64,000 nt of DNA from Octopus sinensis (Eukaryota), in NCBI RefSeq assembly GCF_006345805.1, contig NC_043020.1, forward strand, positions 30,628,001 to 30,692,000. Reading direction: 5' to 3'. Position 1 is the stretch's first letter. Each line of letters begins with the position of its first letter. Positions 13,382 to 24,990 of this stretch are shown in pieces. Both the position numbers and the translations under genes were made by a program. The notes beneath the pieces were generated by a model. That model was given only the letters and a program-made list of their open reading frames with translations, did not search any database and had not been told where the DNA came from.

Positions 13382-14949
13382 TCTTTTACTTGTTTCAGTC
13401 ATTTGACTGCGGCCATGCTGGAGCACCGCCTTTAATCGAGCAACTCGACCCCGGGACTTATTCTATCGAAATCTTTTGCCGAACCGCTAAGTAACGGGGA
13501 CATAAATACACCAGCATCGGTTGTCAAGCAATGCTAGGGGGACAAACACAGACACACAAACACACACACACACATATATGTATATACATATATACGACGG
13601 GCTTCTTTCAGTTTCCTCTACCAAATCCACTCACAAGGCTTTGGTCGGCCCGAGGCTATAGTAGAAGACACTTGCCCAAGGTGCCACGCAGTGGGACTGA
13701 ACCCGGAACCATGTGGTTAGTAAGCAATCATCATTTCATTGTTCGACTGTGGTCGAGACAATGGAATTTACCATGCTACGCCAGACTTTACGGTCCATCA
13801 TAGCATTACGGAGGTCCTGTTGCTGGATGCCTGTATCCCTGGAGATTACATCAGGGTAGGAGAGTGTGCGCCCTCTGGTATTGCGAGTAGATGACTTCCA
13901 GAGGAGAAAGTAGAAAATTACTTCTTTTTCAGCTCTACAACAATTGTCCAGCAAACTGGACTCTCCTACCTTTCACAAGAGATGACACAGGTGGTAGTTT
14001 CCCATATATTTGCATTTTGGTTGGGATGGCGCTTCCACGAGAGATTTTGAGCTCTCATAAGGAGGCGAGTGTAGGTTCCATCCAACTGCCTCTCAAGCTT
14101 CTTTGATAACGTCCAGTTTCTGAGCATATGTAGAATTGGTTCGACTGTGGCTTTGATATTTCAAGTTTGAAGTCTCGACTTAGATTTGATGACCAGATCT
14201 TATGCATGTCATTACAAGCTGACCAGGCCATACCCTTTCTAGTTAGAAAGTCTTTTCCAGATGATGATATGTATGACCCAAAGATATTTATAATCAGAAA
14301 CCATATTTAAGGGTGCATTGTTGAGAGTATGGATGATGTGCAATCGCGGGCAGCAGGGGGGTTTTTACAGGCACTGTTTATGTATTCAGTTTTGGCCTCA
14401 TTGAGGTAAAGACCATACACAATTTGAGGCCTTGTTCAAGAGATTGTAAAAGAGACTGGGCAATTGGAGAGAGAATCACTGATAAGAGCGAGTCGTCAGC
14501 AAAGTCAGTGTCTGTCAAGTACTCAGTCTGGGTGTCTGGAACTTCTTGGTTTTATTTCAAAGCCCTTGCCAGAAGATGGTATCAACTGGCTTGTTCAAGA
14601 GATTGTAAAAGAGACTGGGCATGGAGAGAGAATCACTGATAAGAGCGATGTCGTCAGCAAAGTCAGTGTCTGTCTCAAGTACTCAGCTGGGTGTCTGGAA
14701 CTTCTTGGTTTATTTCAAAGCCCTTGCCAGAGATGGTATCAACTGACATTACGTAGCACATAATCAACAACAATGATGAAAAGAAATGGGGCGAGTGTGT
14801 CTCCCTGCAGTATTCCGGCTTTGATAGAAAGATGATGTTTCTCCATCAGGGTTTAGATGGTTGAAGAGGTATCTGTGTAGAGGACCTTGATGGCAGAAAT
14901 AATTTTGTCTGGTATCCCAAGCTACTTACCACACAGCCACTCCTGCGCC
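13382..14949 (-). mobile_element. tRNA-derived SINE family B (GGCGCAGGAGTGGCTGTGTGGTAAG head), split by an RTE insertion
   Basis: Body at 13382-13727 and head at 14921-14949. Intact relatives at 15008-15398 (-) and 48612-49016 (+). Probably one of the published octopus OK/OR1/OR2 SINEs; assignment not verified. Confidence 0.8.
13728..14920 (-). mobile_element. 5'-truncated RTE-clade LINE with an internal 159-bp tandem duplication
   Basis: Minus strand encodes RT (LQGDTLAP...DFADDIALISDSL), MAWSACNDMHKIWSSNL and RGRTLSYPDVISRDTG...AMMDRKVWRS, followed by a short TGA-repeat tail. Confidence 0.85.
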
Positions 14950-15007
14950 TGTATATATATATATTTATATACATCTATATATTTTTGAAAAATAAAAAAT
15001 AACCAGT

Positions 15008-15398
15008 TACTCTTTTACTTGTTTCAGTCATTTGACTGCGGCCATGCTGGAGCACCGCCTTTAGTTGAGCAAATCGACCCCGGGACTTATTCTTTGTAAG
15101 CCCAGTACTTATTCTATCGGTCTCTTTTGCCGAACCGCTAAGTGACGGGGACGTAAACACACACCAGCATCGGTTGTCAAGCAATGCTAGGGAGACAAAC
15201 ACAGACACACATCAATATTATATATATACATATATACGACGGGCTTCTTCAGTTTCGGTCTACCAAATCCACTCACAAGGCATTGGTCGCCCGGGGCTAT
15301 AGCAGAAGACACTTGACCCAAGATGCCACGCAGTGGGATTGAACCCAGAAACCATGTGGTTGGTTAGCAAGCTACTTACCACACAGCCATGCTGCGCC
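15008..15398 (-). mobile_element. SINE family B, full length
   Basis: Collinear with the 48612-49016 copy, including the internal TA/TG microsatellite; flanked by (TA)n. Confidence 0.8.
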
Positions 15399-15415
15399 CT
15401 GCATATATAAATATA

Positions 15416-15447
<32 letters not shown>

Positions 15448-16009
15448 TATATATATGTATATATATTTATATACATACATAGTTTGTAGGCATGATGGGG
15501 GTGAGTGAGGGATGGTTAGAGATGAGGGTTGAGTGAGGGAGTGAATATAATGAATGAAGAAGAAGGGTTGAGGGATGGTTGGAGAGAAATGTATGTTAGA
15601 AGGAAAGTAGGGAAAGGTAGGTGATAACTGTAGAGGCTGGGTAGGAGTGAGAGCTGGAGGTAGTGACTGGTAGACAAGTGAGAGGAGTGAGTGATGAGAC
15701 ATATGAGTTGGGAGGCAGGGGAGAGCAAGTGATGACTGTCGGTACAGAAAGGAGAGCGAAAAGTAGGGGAATGCTAATGATAATACAGTATATGGGGGGG
15801 GGTGAGGGAAATGATATGAGGGTGAAATACTGGAGAAGACAAAGTGGGGGTATGATCTGAGAAGTGGTAAGAGAAAACTTAACCACCTGCTATTGCTCAA
15901 TGGCTTGAAGATGTTCACCAAAAATAAGGCAGAACTGACAGTCTAGTCCAGTCTGTGTGGATTTTCTTCTTGTGTGAGGTTTTCAAGAAAGTATTTGAAC
16001 TCTCAAAAT

Positions 16010-16920
16010 GTGCTGCAATGGTGATGAGACAAGGAAAGCTTGTTAGGCCCGAAGGCATTTGTATGCCAAGTGATGAAATGATGAAAGCAATTGAACCTCA
16101 AACCAGTTAAAAATACCTGGGAATACTTGAAGAAGATGGAATTAAGCACAACGATACAAAAGAAAAGACAAAGAAAGAGTACCTGTGGTGAGTGAGAAAA
16201 ATATTGGCTTCAAAGCTCAATTCCAGAAACATAATTTTTGCAATAAACTCACACACAGTCATAGTAGTTCAGTATGATGCTGGAATTCTAGAGTGAGAGA
16301 AGATGAGCTAAAGGGGTTGGACGAGAAGACAAGAAAGCTCCTAACGATGCACGGAGCCCATCATCCACGTGCAGACACTGATTGCCTAAACATGAAAAAG
16401 AGCAAATGGAGGAAGGAGACTGACAAGTGTGGAATGTTGCATACATATCAAACTTGGGAGCTTATTGAGATTCCAGTCCCAAAGTAAGGAAACCCAAAGT
16501 ATGGTTGGTGCCATGAACTAAACATGCTTCAGATACACTCGTTTATTCTTACAAACCTGACTGTGGGATTTCCCAATCCAAACAGATCAGGTGCTTGAAT
16601 ATAACAAACCAGACCTATTGGTCATAGAGAAAGTGAAGCATGTGCTATATAATTGATGTTGTGTGCCCCTTTGACGCACGAATAGTCAAGAAAGAAGGTA
16701 AAAAAAAATAGACATATACAATCGTCTTAAGTACAAAATAGCCCAGCTATGGAAAATGAAGGAAGTGAAGACAGTGCCAATTATCATTGGATCCTTGGGG
16801 ACAGTATCTGAAAGCATCAAGAGGAATATAAAGAAAACCAGAACAGAATTCCCAACAGAACTATTACAAAAGTTTTGGCTCCTTGGCACAGCCAGAATAA
16901 TCAGGAAAGTATCAGATAGA
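16010..16920 (+). mobile_element. Degraded R4/Dong-clade RLE LINE fragment
   Basis: KYLGILE, KLNSRNIIFAIN and KPDLLV...IIDVVCPFD remnants, then YNRLKYKIAQLWKMKEVKTVPIIIGSLG...LLGTARIIRKV (RLE C-terminus). Confidence 0.7.
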
Positions 16921-17199
16921 AAATTGCTATTTTTAAATCTCACAACGAGAGATATTCAGCAACAGTACTTTGTAGTAAAGTTTGTTTGCCAACATAACAT
17001 GGTAGTGCAGGTTTAGGACAAATGTTGCTGTAATTTAGCTCCAGGAAACATCGTCTGCAGCTGGCTATACAACACAATCTGTGTGCTTATATTTTCGAAC
17101 AAGGGAATCTAGCATACCCCTCTCAGCTCAAAATAGCAATACACTATCACGGTGCATGCCCCCGTACTACTACTACATGTTTCATATATGATATACATT

Positions 17200-17239
<40 letters not shown>

Positions 17240-17471
17240 AAAGCGGACGTTAAACGATGATGATGATGATGATGATATATATGTATATATACATGCATAT
17301 ATGGGTACAGGACATCAAAAAAACGTTGAACACAATGAAAGACGAAAACATAGAAACAAAATTTTTTTCAAACAACAAAAAAAAGCAGAGTACAAGACAT
17401 ACAACACAAGGAATATTCCCCTTCTTCAGTTGTCCCTGTTTCATCTACTCCATGTCTCGAAGGTGTGTATG

Positions 17472-17502
<31 letters not shown>

Positions 17503-17732
17503 CTGTGTGTGTGTTGTATGTACATGTGTTATGCATATATATTCCTTTATTCTTTTATTCGTTTCAGTCGTTGCAGCCATGCTAGAGCATCACCATTAGT
17601 TAAACAAATCAACCCCAGGACTTCTTTGTGTTTTGCCGAACTGCTAAGTTATGGCAACATAAATACACCAAACATTGGTTGTCAAGCAATGATGGTGGGA
17701 CAAACATAGATACACAAACATATGCACACATG

Positions 17733-17768
<36 letters not shown>

Positions 17769-17777
17769 CATATACCT

Positions 17778-17824
<47 letters not shown>

Positions 17825-18167
17825 CATTAGAGTAATTTGGGACTTATGAAAGGAAAGCTTTATATTATTAAGAACATATGAAATAAGGGCTAGCTGTAAG
17901 TCTGAAAAACATGCATGGTCATATAGAGGAAACTTATGAAAATGCTTTTGATAGGCAAAGGGTTAAGAACCACTAATTTAGAAGAAAGTGAGGCAGGCAG
18001 AGGGATGTAATTAGCTCAGTGGGAGGAACAAAAAAAACACAGTAGTTGTAGCACTAACAAGGTTTGAAACCCAAACCCTTGATCTTATGTTTTAATAGTC
18101 TGCCAATTGCTAGAATCACTTGACCAACCAAGGGAAGATCGTCAGAATCCCCTTTTATACAACTTAC

Positions 18168-18401
18168 CTGGTTTGAGAACAATCACTTTACGTCCTTCAC
18201 GATCTCTGTGCTCCAGAGCTGTGAGCAGGCCTGACCTCAGCACATGCTGTATTGTCGAGGGTTTCAGGTCAACAAACAAGTCTTTGTTCTCAGCCTTCAT
18301 TCGGTAAAAATTCAAAAGTAGGCTAAATGCTCGATCATAGTCAAATTTCCTGGCACGGAGAAATCTGAGTAGAAATGCGTCATCTGTTCGGGCAAAGAGA
18401 T
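18168..18401 (-). CDS. TTPAL: TTPAL-like exon 2 (CRAL-TRIO N domain: DLFARTDDAFLLRFLRARKFDYDRAF...RKVIVLKPG)
   Basis: TTGACAG acceptor and CCAG|GTAAG donor; 234 nt, phase 1 to phase 1; hallmark DDAFLLRFLRARKFD motif. Confidence 0.95.
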
Positions 18402-18411
18402 CTGTCAATGA

Positions 18412-18416
18412 TATTA

Positions 18417-18470
<54 letters not shown>

Positions 18471-18509
18471 TTAATAATAATAGTAATAATAGTAATAATA
18501 ATAGTAATA

Positions 18510-18563
<54 letters not shown>

Positions 18564-18580
18564 TTAATAATAATAATAAT
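18412..18580. repeat. (AAT)n microsatellite
   Basis: Visible; it abuts the exon 2 acceptor and a Dong-like insertion. Confidence 0.95.
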
Positions 18581-18589
18581 AACTGAACT

Positions 18590-19425
18590 TGATATAGTTA
18601 GTTCTTAGAGTTTGTTCCTGGGTGCTGCATATCATTGCCTCAGTGTATCCTTTCAGATCACTTTTTCTTAGCCATCTCCAAGGACTTAAGAATGAATGAA
18701 TAAGAAAATAGGTGGATAAAGAAAAGAATGCATGGAGAATTTCATAGGGATGTTGAAGATGAGACAGACAGAGAAAAAAGATGGCTGTGGATAACTAAAA
18801 GTGATTTAAAACTGGAAATGGAGGCTCTACTCTGTGCTGCCCAAGAGCAAGCATTAAGAACCAATTACATCAAATACAGAATAGACAACACATTGGAAAG
18901 TGCAAAATTTGTGGACAAAATGGTGAAACCCTATGGCATATTACCAGTCAATGTACACCAGGAGCCCAGAAGGAATATAAGAGATGTCATGATAATATAG
19001 CAAGGATTGTCCATTGGACACTTTGCAACAAGTATGGACTTGACAGAACAAAAAAAGTAGTATGAACATAAACCCGAAAGCATCATCGAAAATGATAATG
19101 CAAAGATCCTATGGGTATTTTATGATTCAGTGCGACCATGAGATAGAGAATAGGAAGCCAGACATAGTGTTAATTGGGAAAGAAAGCAAACGATGCTGGA
19201 TCACAGATATAGCATGCCCAGTTGGCAACAAGGTATGTAGGAAGAAAGAAAAGTCGAGAGATATGACAGGTTAGCTTGTGGGGTTAAGCAGTTGTGGTCG
19301 ATGAAAAAGGTGGTAGTAGAACCAATAATTGTCAGAGCCCTGGGAACAGTGAGTAAAAATCTTGAGAAGTACATGGAACAAATAGGGGCTGCAATAAGGG
19401 TGGGGACTTGCAGAAAAGAGCACTG
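18590..19425 (+). mobile_element. R4/Dong-clade LINE fragment directly after a (AAT)n tract
   Basis: LEMEALLCAAQEQALRTNYIKYRID, CCHC remnant, and DHEIENRKPDIVLIGKESKRCWITDIACP (RLE PD-D motif). Confidence 0.8.
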
Positions 19426-19896
19426 CTTGTAAATTATATCATCATGACTGTTGTCATGACGATATAATTTACATTAAGTAACAAAAAACCACTTTGTGTA
19501 TGTTTAGTAAAATGGTGTCACTAAATCTAAACAAGTTCTCATGCTTTTATTGTGCAGGATGTGTGGTGAGAAGTTTGCTCCTTAAATGCACAGATTCAGG
19601 TTCAGTCTGATTGCATGGCACCAGGCAGAAGTGTCTTCTGCTATAAGCTCGAGCCAGCCAAAGCCTTGTGAGTTGATTTTGTAGACGGAAACTGAAAGCA
19701 GCCTCTTGTATATATATATATATATATATGTACATGTTTGTGTGTGTTTATGGGAGTCTGTGTGTGTTTGTCCCCCACCAACACTTGTCAGTCAGTGTTG
19801 GTTTGTCTATGTCCCCATAACTTACCAGTTTAACAAAAGAGACCAATAGAATAAAAGAGAGAGAGAGACAGACAGATGGAATCAGAAATATCAAAC

Positions 19897-20038
19897 CTTG
19901 CTGTTTGTTCACCATATCTCTGAGAGCTTGAATATCTCTTTCCCGCCATTGAGGTTTCTCGTTTAACTCCTTCTCAGCCTTCTTTATGAGTTCAGGAGTC
20001 AGGGTGCACAAATATTCTTTTTCTGGAGAAGATTCCAT
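19897..20038 (-). CDS. TTPAL: TTPAL-like CRAL-TRIO protein, coding exon 1 (MESSPEKEYLCTLTPELIKKAEKELNEKPQWRERDIQALRDMVNKQQ)
   Basis: ATG at 20038-20036; 142 nt ending in a phase-1 GT donor (G|GTTTGA). The peptide closely resembles the TTPAL/alpha-TTP N-terminus as recalled (ELxEKPxWRxRDxQALRDMV). A candidate 3' splice site lies upstream at 20191, so the true first exon is probably non-coding. Exact orthology within the TTPA/TTPAL/clavesin family is not verified. Confidence 0.9.
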
Positions 20039-20434
20039 AACCAAACTACATTCACCTCCAAATATAACAATGTTTTCTTTTGTTTTTCTTTTTTTTCTTC
20101 TTTTAAGGGTTCCCTCTCTGTTGTTTTTGTTTATCTTTTCTTTTATTATTTCTTCATGTGTATTAAACTCGTTCCTTTCATCTATATGAACTGGGAGTAG
20201 AAATAAATAAATAAAAATGTAAATGAAAAATAATAACAAATAAGTAAATAAGAAAATTTATAAGGAGTTAAAAACAACTATTTTAAAAGCCTTTTGATAC
20301 TGACTGCCATTAGATTGCCCCTAGTTCTATAATACAAACTTTTTATTTTAAAGTTTTCATCAAAATATCGTAGTTTTTGCTCCAAGCACCTGCTTAATAA
20401 TATATGTATATATATATATATATAAACATTATAT

Positions 20435-21057
20435 ATCATCATCATCGTCGTTTAACGTCCGTTCTCCATGCTAGCATGGGTTGGGCGGTTCGACCGGGGA
20501 TCTGGGAAGCCAGAAGGCTGCACCAGGCTCCAGTCTTATCTGGCAGTGTTTCTACAGCTGGATGCCCTTCCTAACGCCAACCACTCCGTGAGTGTAGTGG
20601 GTGCTTTTTACGTGCCACCTGCATAGGTGCCAGGCGAGGCTGGCAACGGCCACGGTCGGATTGGTGTATTTTATGTGCCACCGGCACGGAAGCCAGACAA
20701 GGCGGTGCTGGCATCGGCTACGAGTCGGATGGTGCTTTTTACGTACCACCAGACCAGGGATCCTGGCTGGTTCAATTCGATTTCGATTTCGCTTGCCCCA
20801 ACATGTCTTCGCAAGCAAGGGGGTTGGCATGGGTGCCTGTTGTACGGTCAGATTGGTGTATTTTATGTGCCACCGGCACGGAAGCCAGTGGAGGCGGCAG
20901 TGGCATCGGCCACGAGTCAGATAGTGCTTTTTACGTACCACCAGACCAGGGAACCTGGCTGGTTCGATTCGATTTCGCTTGCCCCAACATGTCTTCGCAA
21001 GCAAGGGGGTTGGCATGGGTGCCTGTCGTACGGTCAGATTGGTGTATTTACGTGCCA
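20435..21057 (-). mobile_element. Family C retroposon (RTE-type GAT tail) with internal ~200-bp tandem duplication
   Basis: Core GGCGTTAGGAAGGGCATCCAGCTGTAGAAAC and 3' CCATGCTAGCATGG...ACGTTAAACGA(TGA)n; 20629-20834 is repeated at ~20835-21030. Confidence 0.8.
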
Positions 21058-21099
21058 TATATATATATATATATATATATAAACATTATATATATAAGC

Positions 21100-21190
<91 letters not shown>

Positions 21191-21210
21191 ATATGCATGT
21201 ATGTATGTAT

Positions 21211-21408
21211 AACGTCATTTACTGCATCACCTGCTCTTTTTGTCCTTCTCTGTACATCAGTTAAATGGGACACTACTTGGCTGACCAGTTCGCGGAACAC
21301 TTCCGAGACATCAGACTTGGCAATGACACCCTAGTCTCATGCCATTTCCACTCTACTGGTCATTCATTACAACACCTGTCTGTGTTTGGATTGTCTTTGC
21401 ACAGGGGC
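21211..21408 (+). mobile_element. Penelope-like element GIY-YIG endonuclease fragment
   Basis: NVIYCITCSFCPSLYI...GHYLADQFAEHFRDIRLGNDTLVSCHFHSTGHS matches the PLE NVIYxxxC..C...YIG.TGR.L..RF.EH pattern; it has a stop and a frameshift. Confidence 0.8.
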
Positions 21409-21409
21409 C

Positions 21410-21449
<40 letters not shown>

Positions 21450-22189
21450 TGCATATATATATTATATCTATAATATATATGCAAATATGCCCCACTGAGT
21501 TTGTTTCACCATAACCTCCAGAAGAATGTGTAGTTTTTAAGGAATTTTTTAACAAATAAGCTTCAGATGGAGTAGGTTCCAATTATAGCTGAATTGTTGT
21601 GAATAAAATATACTCAGTGGAGTGGAGAGAGGAGTTTCAGAAAATTCACATGAGTTAGCTTTGTTTCCTGATAACTTTCTGAAAAATAGGCATTTTTAAA
21701 TGAAAACTGTGAGAAATACCTTTCAAAATGAGTAAATTACAATTATATCAGAATTTAATATGAGAATAGTAAAAACTGGTCAGATTTCACACATACAGAC
21801 ATGCATTACATCTTCTTGTTTTTGAAAAATTTATCACAAAACAAACTCTGATACATTCAGAATCAACACCATCTGAAACATACTTGTAGAGAATTTGATT
21901 GACAAATATCCAGTTTTCTGAAAGTTATGAGGAAACAAAGACAGCAGTGCACACATGTGTAGGTAAAGTGCAGCAAACTCAGGCTGGTTACTCTATATCG
22001 TTGGCTATACAATACCAGAAATCTATAGTAAACGTGGATTATTTTAAATATGTGATGTATGTATGTATGTATGTATGTATGTATATATATGTACACACAC
22101 ACATTTACATATAGTAATTATTTTAAATATGTGGATTATTTTAAATATGTGATGTATGCATGCATGTATGGTATGTATGTATGTATTAA

Positions 22190-22425
22190 GGCGGCGAGCT
22201 GGCAGAAACATTAGCACGCCGGGCGAAATGCCTGGCGGTATTTCACCTGCCGTTACGTTCTAAGTTGAATTTCCGCCGAGGTCGACTTTGCCTTTCATCC
22301 TTTCGGGGTCGATTAAATAAGTACCAGCTATGCGTTGGGTTCGATTTAATTGACTTAATCTGTTTGTCTGTCCTTGTTTGTCCCTTCTGTGTTTAGCCCC
22401 TTGTGGGTAGTAAAGAAATAGGTAT
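22190..22425 (+). mobile_element. tRNA-derived SINE family A (GGCGGCGAGCTGGCAGAA head; CCTTTCATCCTTTCGGGGTCGAT core), young copy
   Basis: Full head, core and tail. Many more copies occur, approximately at 2385-2580, 2655-2865, 27782-27990, 30030-30200, 32185-32710 (three), 34410-34970, 36985-37150, 39172-39395, 40180-40400, 41590-41790, 43550-43765, 44000-44150, 54680-54800, 57005-57185, 58450-58590 and 62040-62230. Confidence 0.85.
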
Positions 22426-23052
22426 GTATGTATGGTAAGTATGTTTGTATGAATGTATGTATGTATGGTATGTGTGTGTGTATGTATTAGACATAGAAAG
22501 AGGCACAGTGCCCAGAACAGAAATTTTAGTTGGTGCTCCCACCCTAGGTAGAGTGACAGCATTGATGAATTGATGAACATCTGGAAATGATTGCCAGTGA
22601 AGTAAAGGAGAATCAATATTATCAACCATTAAATCTGCCAGCATTTGTCACCTTACTTCAGCATGCTAGCAATCAATACCAGGGTGTTAGTATTAACAGA
22701 GTTAGTACTTCTGTATTGAAATTTCATTACCGTCCAGTGTACCCAAGATTAGATTTTTTCAATTTGTCATGTTTTAAAATAAAAATTAGTAGGTTTTGAG
22801 TTGAGGATGATTTGGGTGCTATTTCTAGCAGGTTGAGTGACTCCATATTAGCATGATTTTTGTCAAGAGTTTGGACAGTGCTCCTAATTCAAACAAGCCC
22901 TCCCAATCTCTTTTATGCTTTTATTGTTTTACTTCTTTCAGTCAATGGATTGTGGCCATGCAGGGACATTGCCAAATGGGTTATAGACCATCGAATTCAA
23001 TGCTCAATATTTATCGTTTTGGCTGACCCAGTGCCAAAATTTACATACATAC

Positions 23053-23150
<98 letters not shown>

Positions 23151-23155
23151 TATAC

Positions 23156-23227
<72 letters not shown>

Positions 23228-23271
23228 ATATACATATATATATATACATACATGTATATACATATACATAC

Positions 23272-23322
<51 letters not shown>

Positions 23323-23327
<5 letters not shown>

Positions 23328-23738
23328 CCCATGCCAACCCCCTTGCTTGCGAAGACATGTTGGGGCAAGCGAAATCGAAATCGAAATCGAATTGAACCAG
23401 CCAGGATCCCTGGTCTGGTGGTATGTAAAAAGCACTATCCGATTCGTGGCCGATGCCAGCACCGCCTCGTCTGGCTTCCGTGCCGGTGGCACATAAAATA
23501 CACCAATCCGACCGTGGCCGTTGCCAGCCTCGCCTAGCACCTGTGCAGGTGGCACGTAAAAAGCACCCACTACACTCACGGAGTGGTTGGCGTTAGGAAG
23601 GGCATCCAGCTGTAGAAACACTGCCAGATAAGACTGGAGCCTGGTGCAGCCTTCTGGCTTCCCAGATCCCCCGGTCGAACCATCCAACCCATGCTAGCAT
23701 GGAGAACGGACGTTAAACGATGATGATGATGATGATGA
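23323..23738 (+). mobile_element. Family C retroposon, near-identical inverted partner of 20446-20834
   Basis: Same subfamily-specific internal segment (GCTTGCGAAGACATGTTGGGGCAAGCGAAATCG); (GAT)n tail. Confidence 0.85.
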
Positions 23739-23825
23739 TATACATACATATATATTTTTATTTTATTTTATTTAGTTTCAGCTCACGATCTGTGGCCATG
23801 CTGGGGCACTGCCATGTGGTGTTGC

Positions 23826-24030
23826 TACATGATTTTACTTCACGAGTGCTTATTAGCAATTGCCATTTGGTGCATGAGAGAGTTCGATGCAGCTGCCCTC
23901 ATCTGCACCTCCTGCCGTGAAGTTGGTTCATCTGGGACACCTGACAGGAAGACATCCAGTTTTATTTTAAAGACATCTGCATCCACCCCATGCAGGTCTC
24001 TCAGCTTCTTTGGGAAGATATTGAAGAGCT
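23826..24030 (-). mobile_element. CR1/L2-group LINE 3' end
   Basis: [36 protein letters not shown], the LFNxLP...FKxKLDxFL terminal motif. Confidence 0.65.
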
Positions 24031-24066
24031 CTCTCTCACTCTCTCTCTCTATATATATATACACAC

Positions 24067-24106
<40 letters not shown>

Positions 24107-24214
24107 GCATACATACATATATATCTACACACACACACACACACATATATATGTATATATATATGGAGAGAGAGAGAGAGAGAGAGACAGAGATACACAT
24201 AGACATATATATAT

Positions 24215-24600
24215 ATGCATGACCTTCAAACGTTGGGCCACACAGAGGCAATGACGAAAGACCAAGACCTCTGGAGATATGCTGTGACTGCGAAGACCCA
24301 ACAAATAACGTGAGTTCATGGCTGTTTCCTGCACCAGCTTCACATAGCAGCCCCAGCCCATCCAAAGTGCCTTGGGTCGCAGGACAGCCTGCAGTGCTTA
24401 CCTTGGATCGTGGGGTGACCTGCTGTGCTTGAGGAGACCTATTGAGTCAGGTACATCAACATCAAAATAAAAATCAAATGGAATTGTAGCTGTGATACCC
24501 GTGCCAGTGACACGTAAAAAGTAACATCCAAACGTGGCCGATGCCAGTGCTAGCCTCCCCTGGCACCTGTGCCGGTGGCACATAAAAAGCACCCACTGCA
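24215..24600 (+). mobile_element. RTE LINE C-terminus and 3'UTR running into the family-C internal repeat
   Basis: TLGHTEAMTKDQDLWRYAV, followed by a UTR containing GTGCCAGTGACACGTAAAAAG and GGCACATAAAAAGCACCCAC. Confidence 0.55.
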
Positions 24601-24639
24601 CTCAATATTTCTATGCCTGAGAACAAATTTGTTAGGGTT

Positions 24640-24990
24640 GTTTCCCCTTGACTGTTGATTCTCCTGTCAGCATTTTCCCCTTATCTCAGGGTAGGCTACT
24701 ACACTCTCATTGCCTATGTCCCTTCTGTTGTCACTTATTTCTTCCCTACAATTCAGAATTGTTTATTTGCATTATGAGCCACTATTATTTGTGCCAGGTT
24801 GCAGCTATTGGAAAAGGTGAGGTGTACATTATGTTTATTAGATATTTTGTGGTACCTGTTATTTTTAGGAAAGTGTTTTTCTATCGATCTATAGAACAGT
24901 TTAGGGATGTTGGAAATTATCTGTTCCACGAGTGGATCAGTATACCACAATGTGGTCCTAGAAGTTTTAATCATTTTGGTATTTATATAT
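24640..24990 (-). mobile_element. Penelope-like element fragment (RT-EN linker)
   Basis: TTLWYTDP...ISNIPKLFYRSIEKHFPKNNRYHKISNKHNVHLTFSNSCNLAQIIVAHN resembles the PLE IIWFNPP...LIxKHFP...YSCxxN...IxxHN motif. Confidence 0.7.

Noticed and set aside
2905-20038. Cephalopod retinal-binding protein (RALBP) identity
   Set aside because: Same CRAL-TRIO superfamily, but the N-terminal WRxRDxQALRDMV and RARKFDYDRA motifs match TTPAL as recalled; a phylogeny would be needed to overturn this.
20039-20239. N-terminal extension of the 163-aa ORF (MLLFFIYIFIY...)
   Set aside because: It runs through a T-rich acceptor tract and low-complexity A-rich sequence; homology begins at MESSPEK.
20552-21082. 150-170-aa repetitive ORFs here and at 23097-23687
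   Set aside because: Chance frames in the GC-richer family-C repeat and its tandem duplication.
22190-22290. tRNA genes
   Set aside because: A/B-box-like heads continue into SINE bodies and do not form complete cloverleaves.
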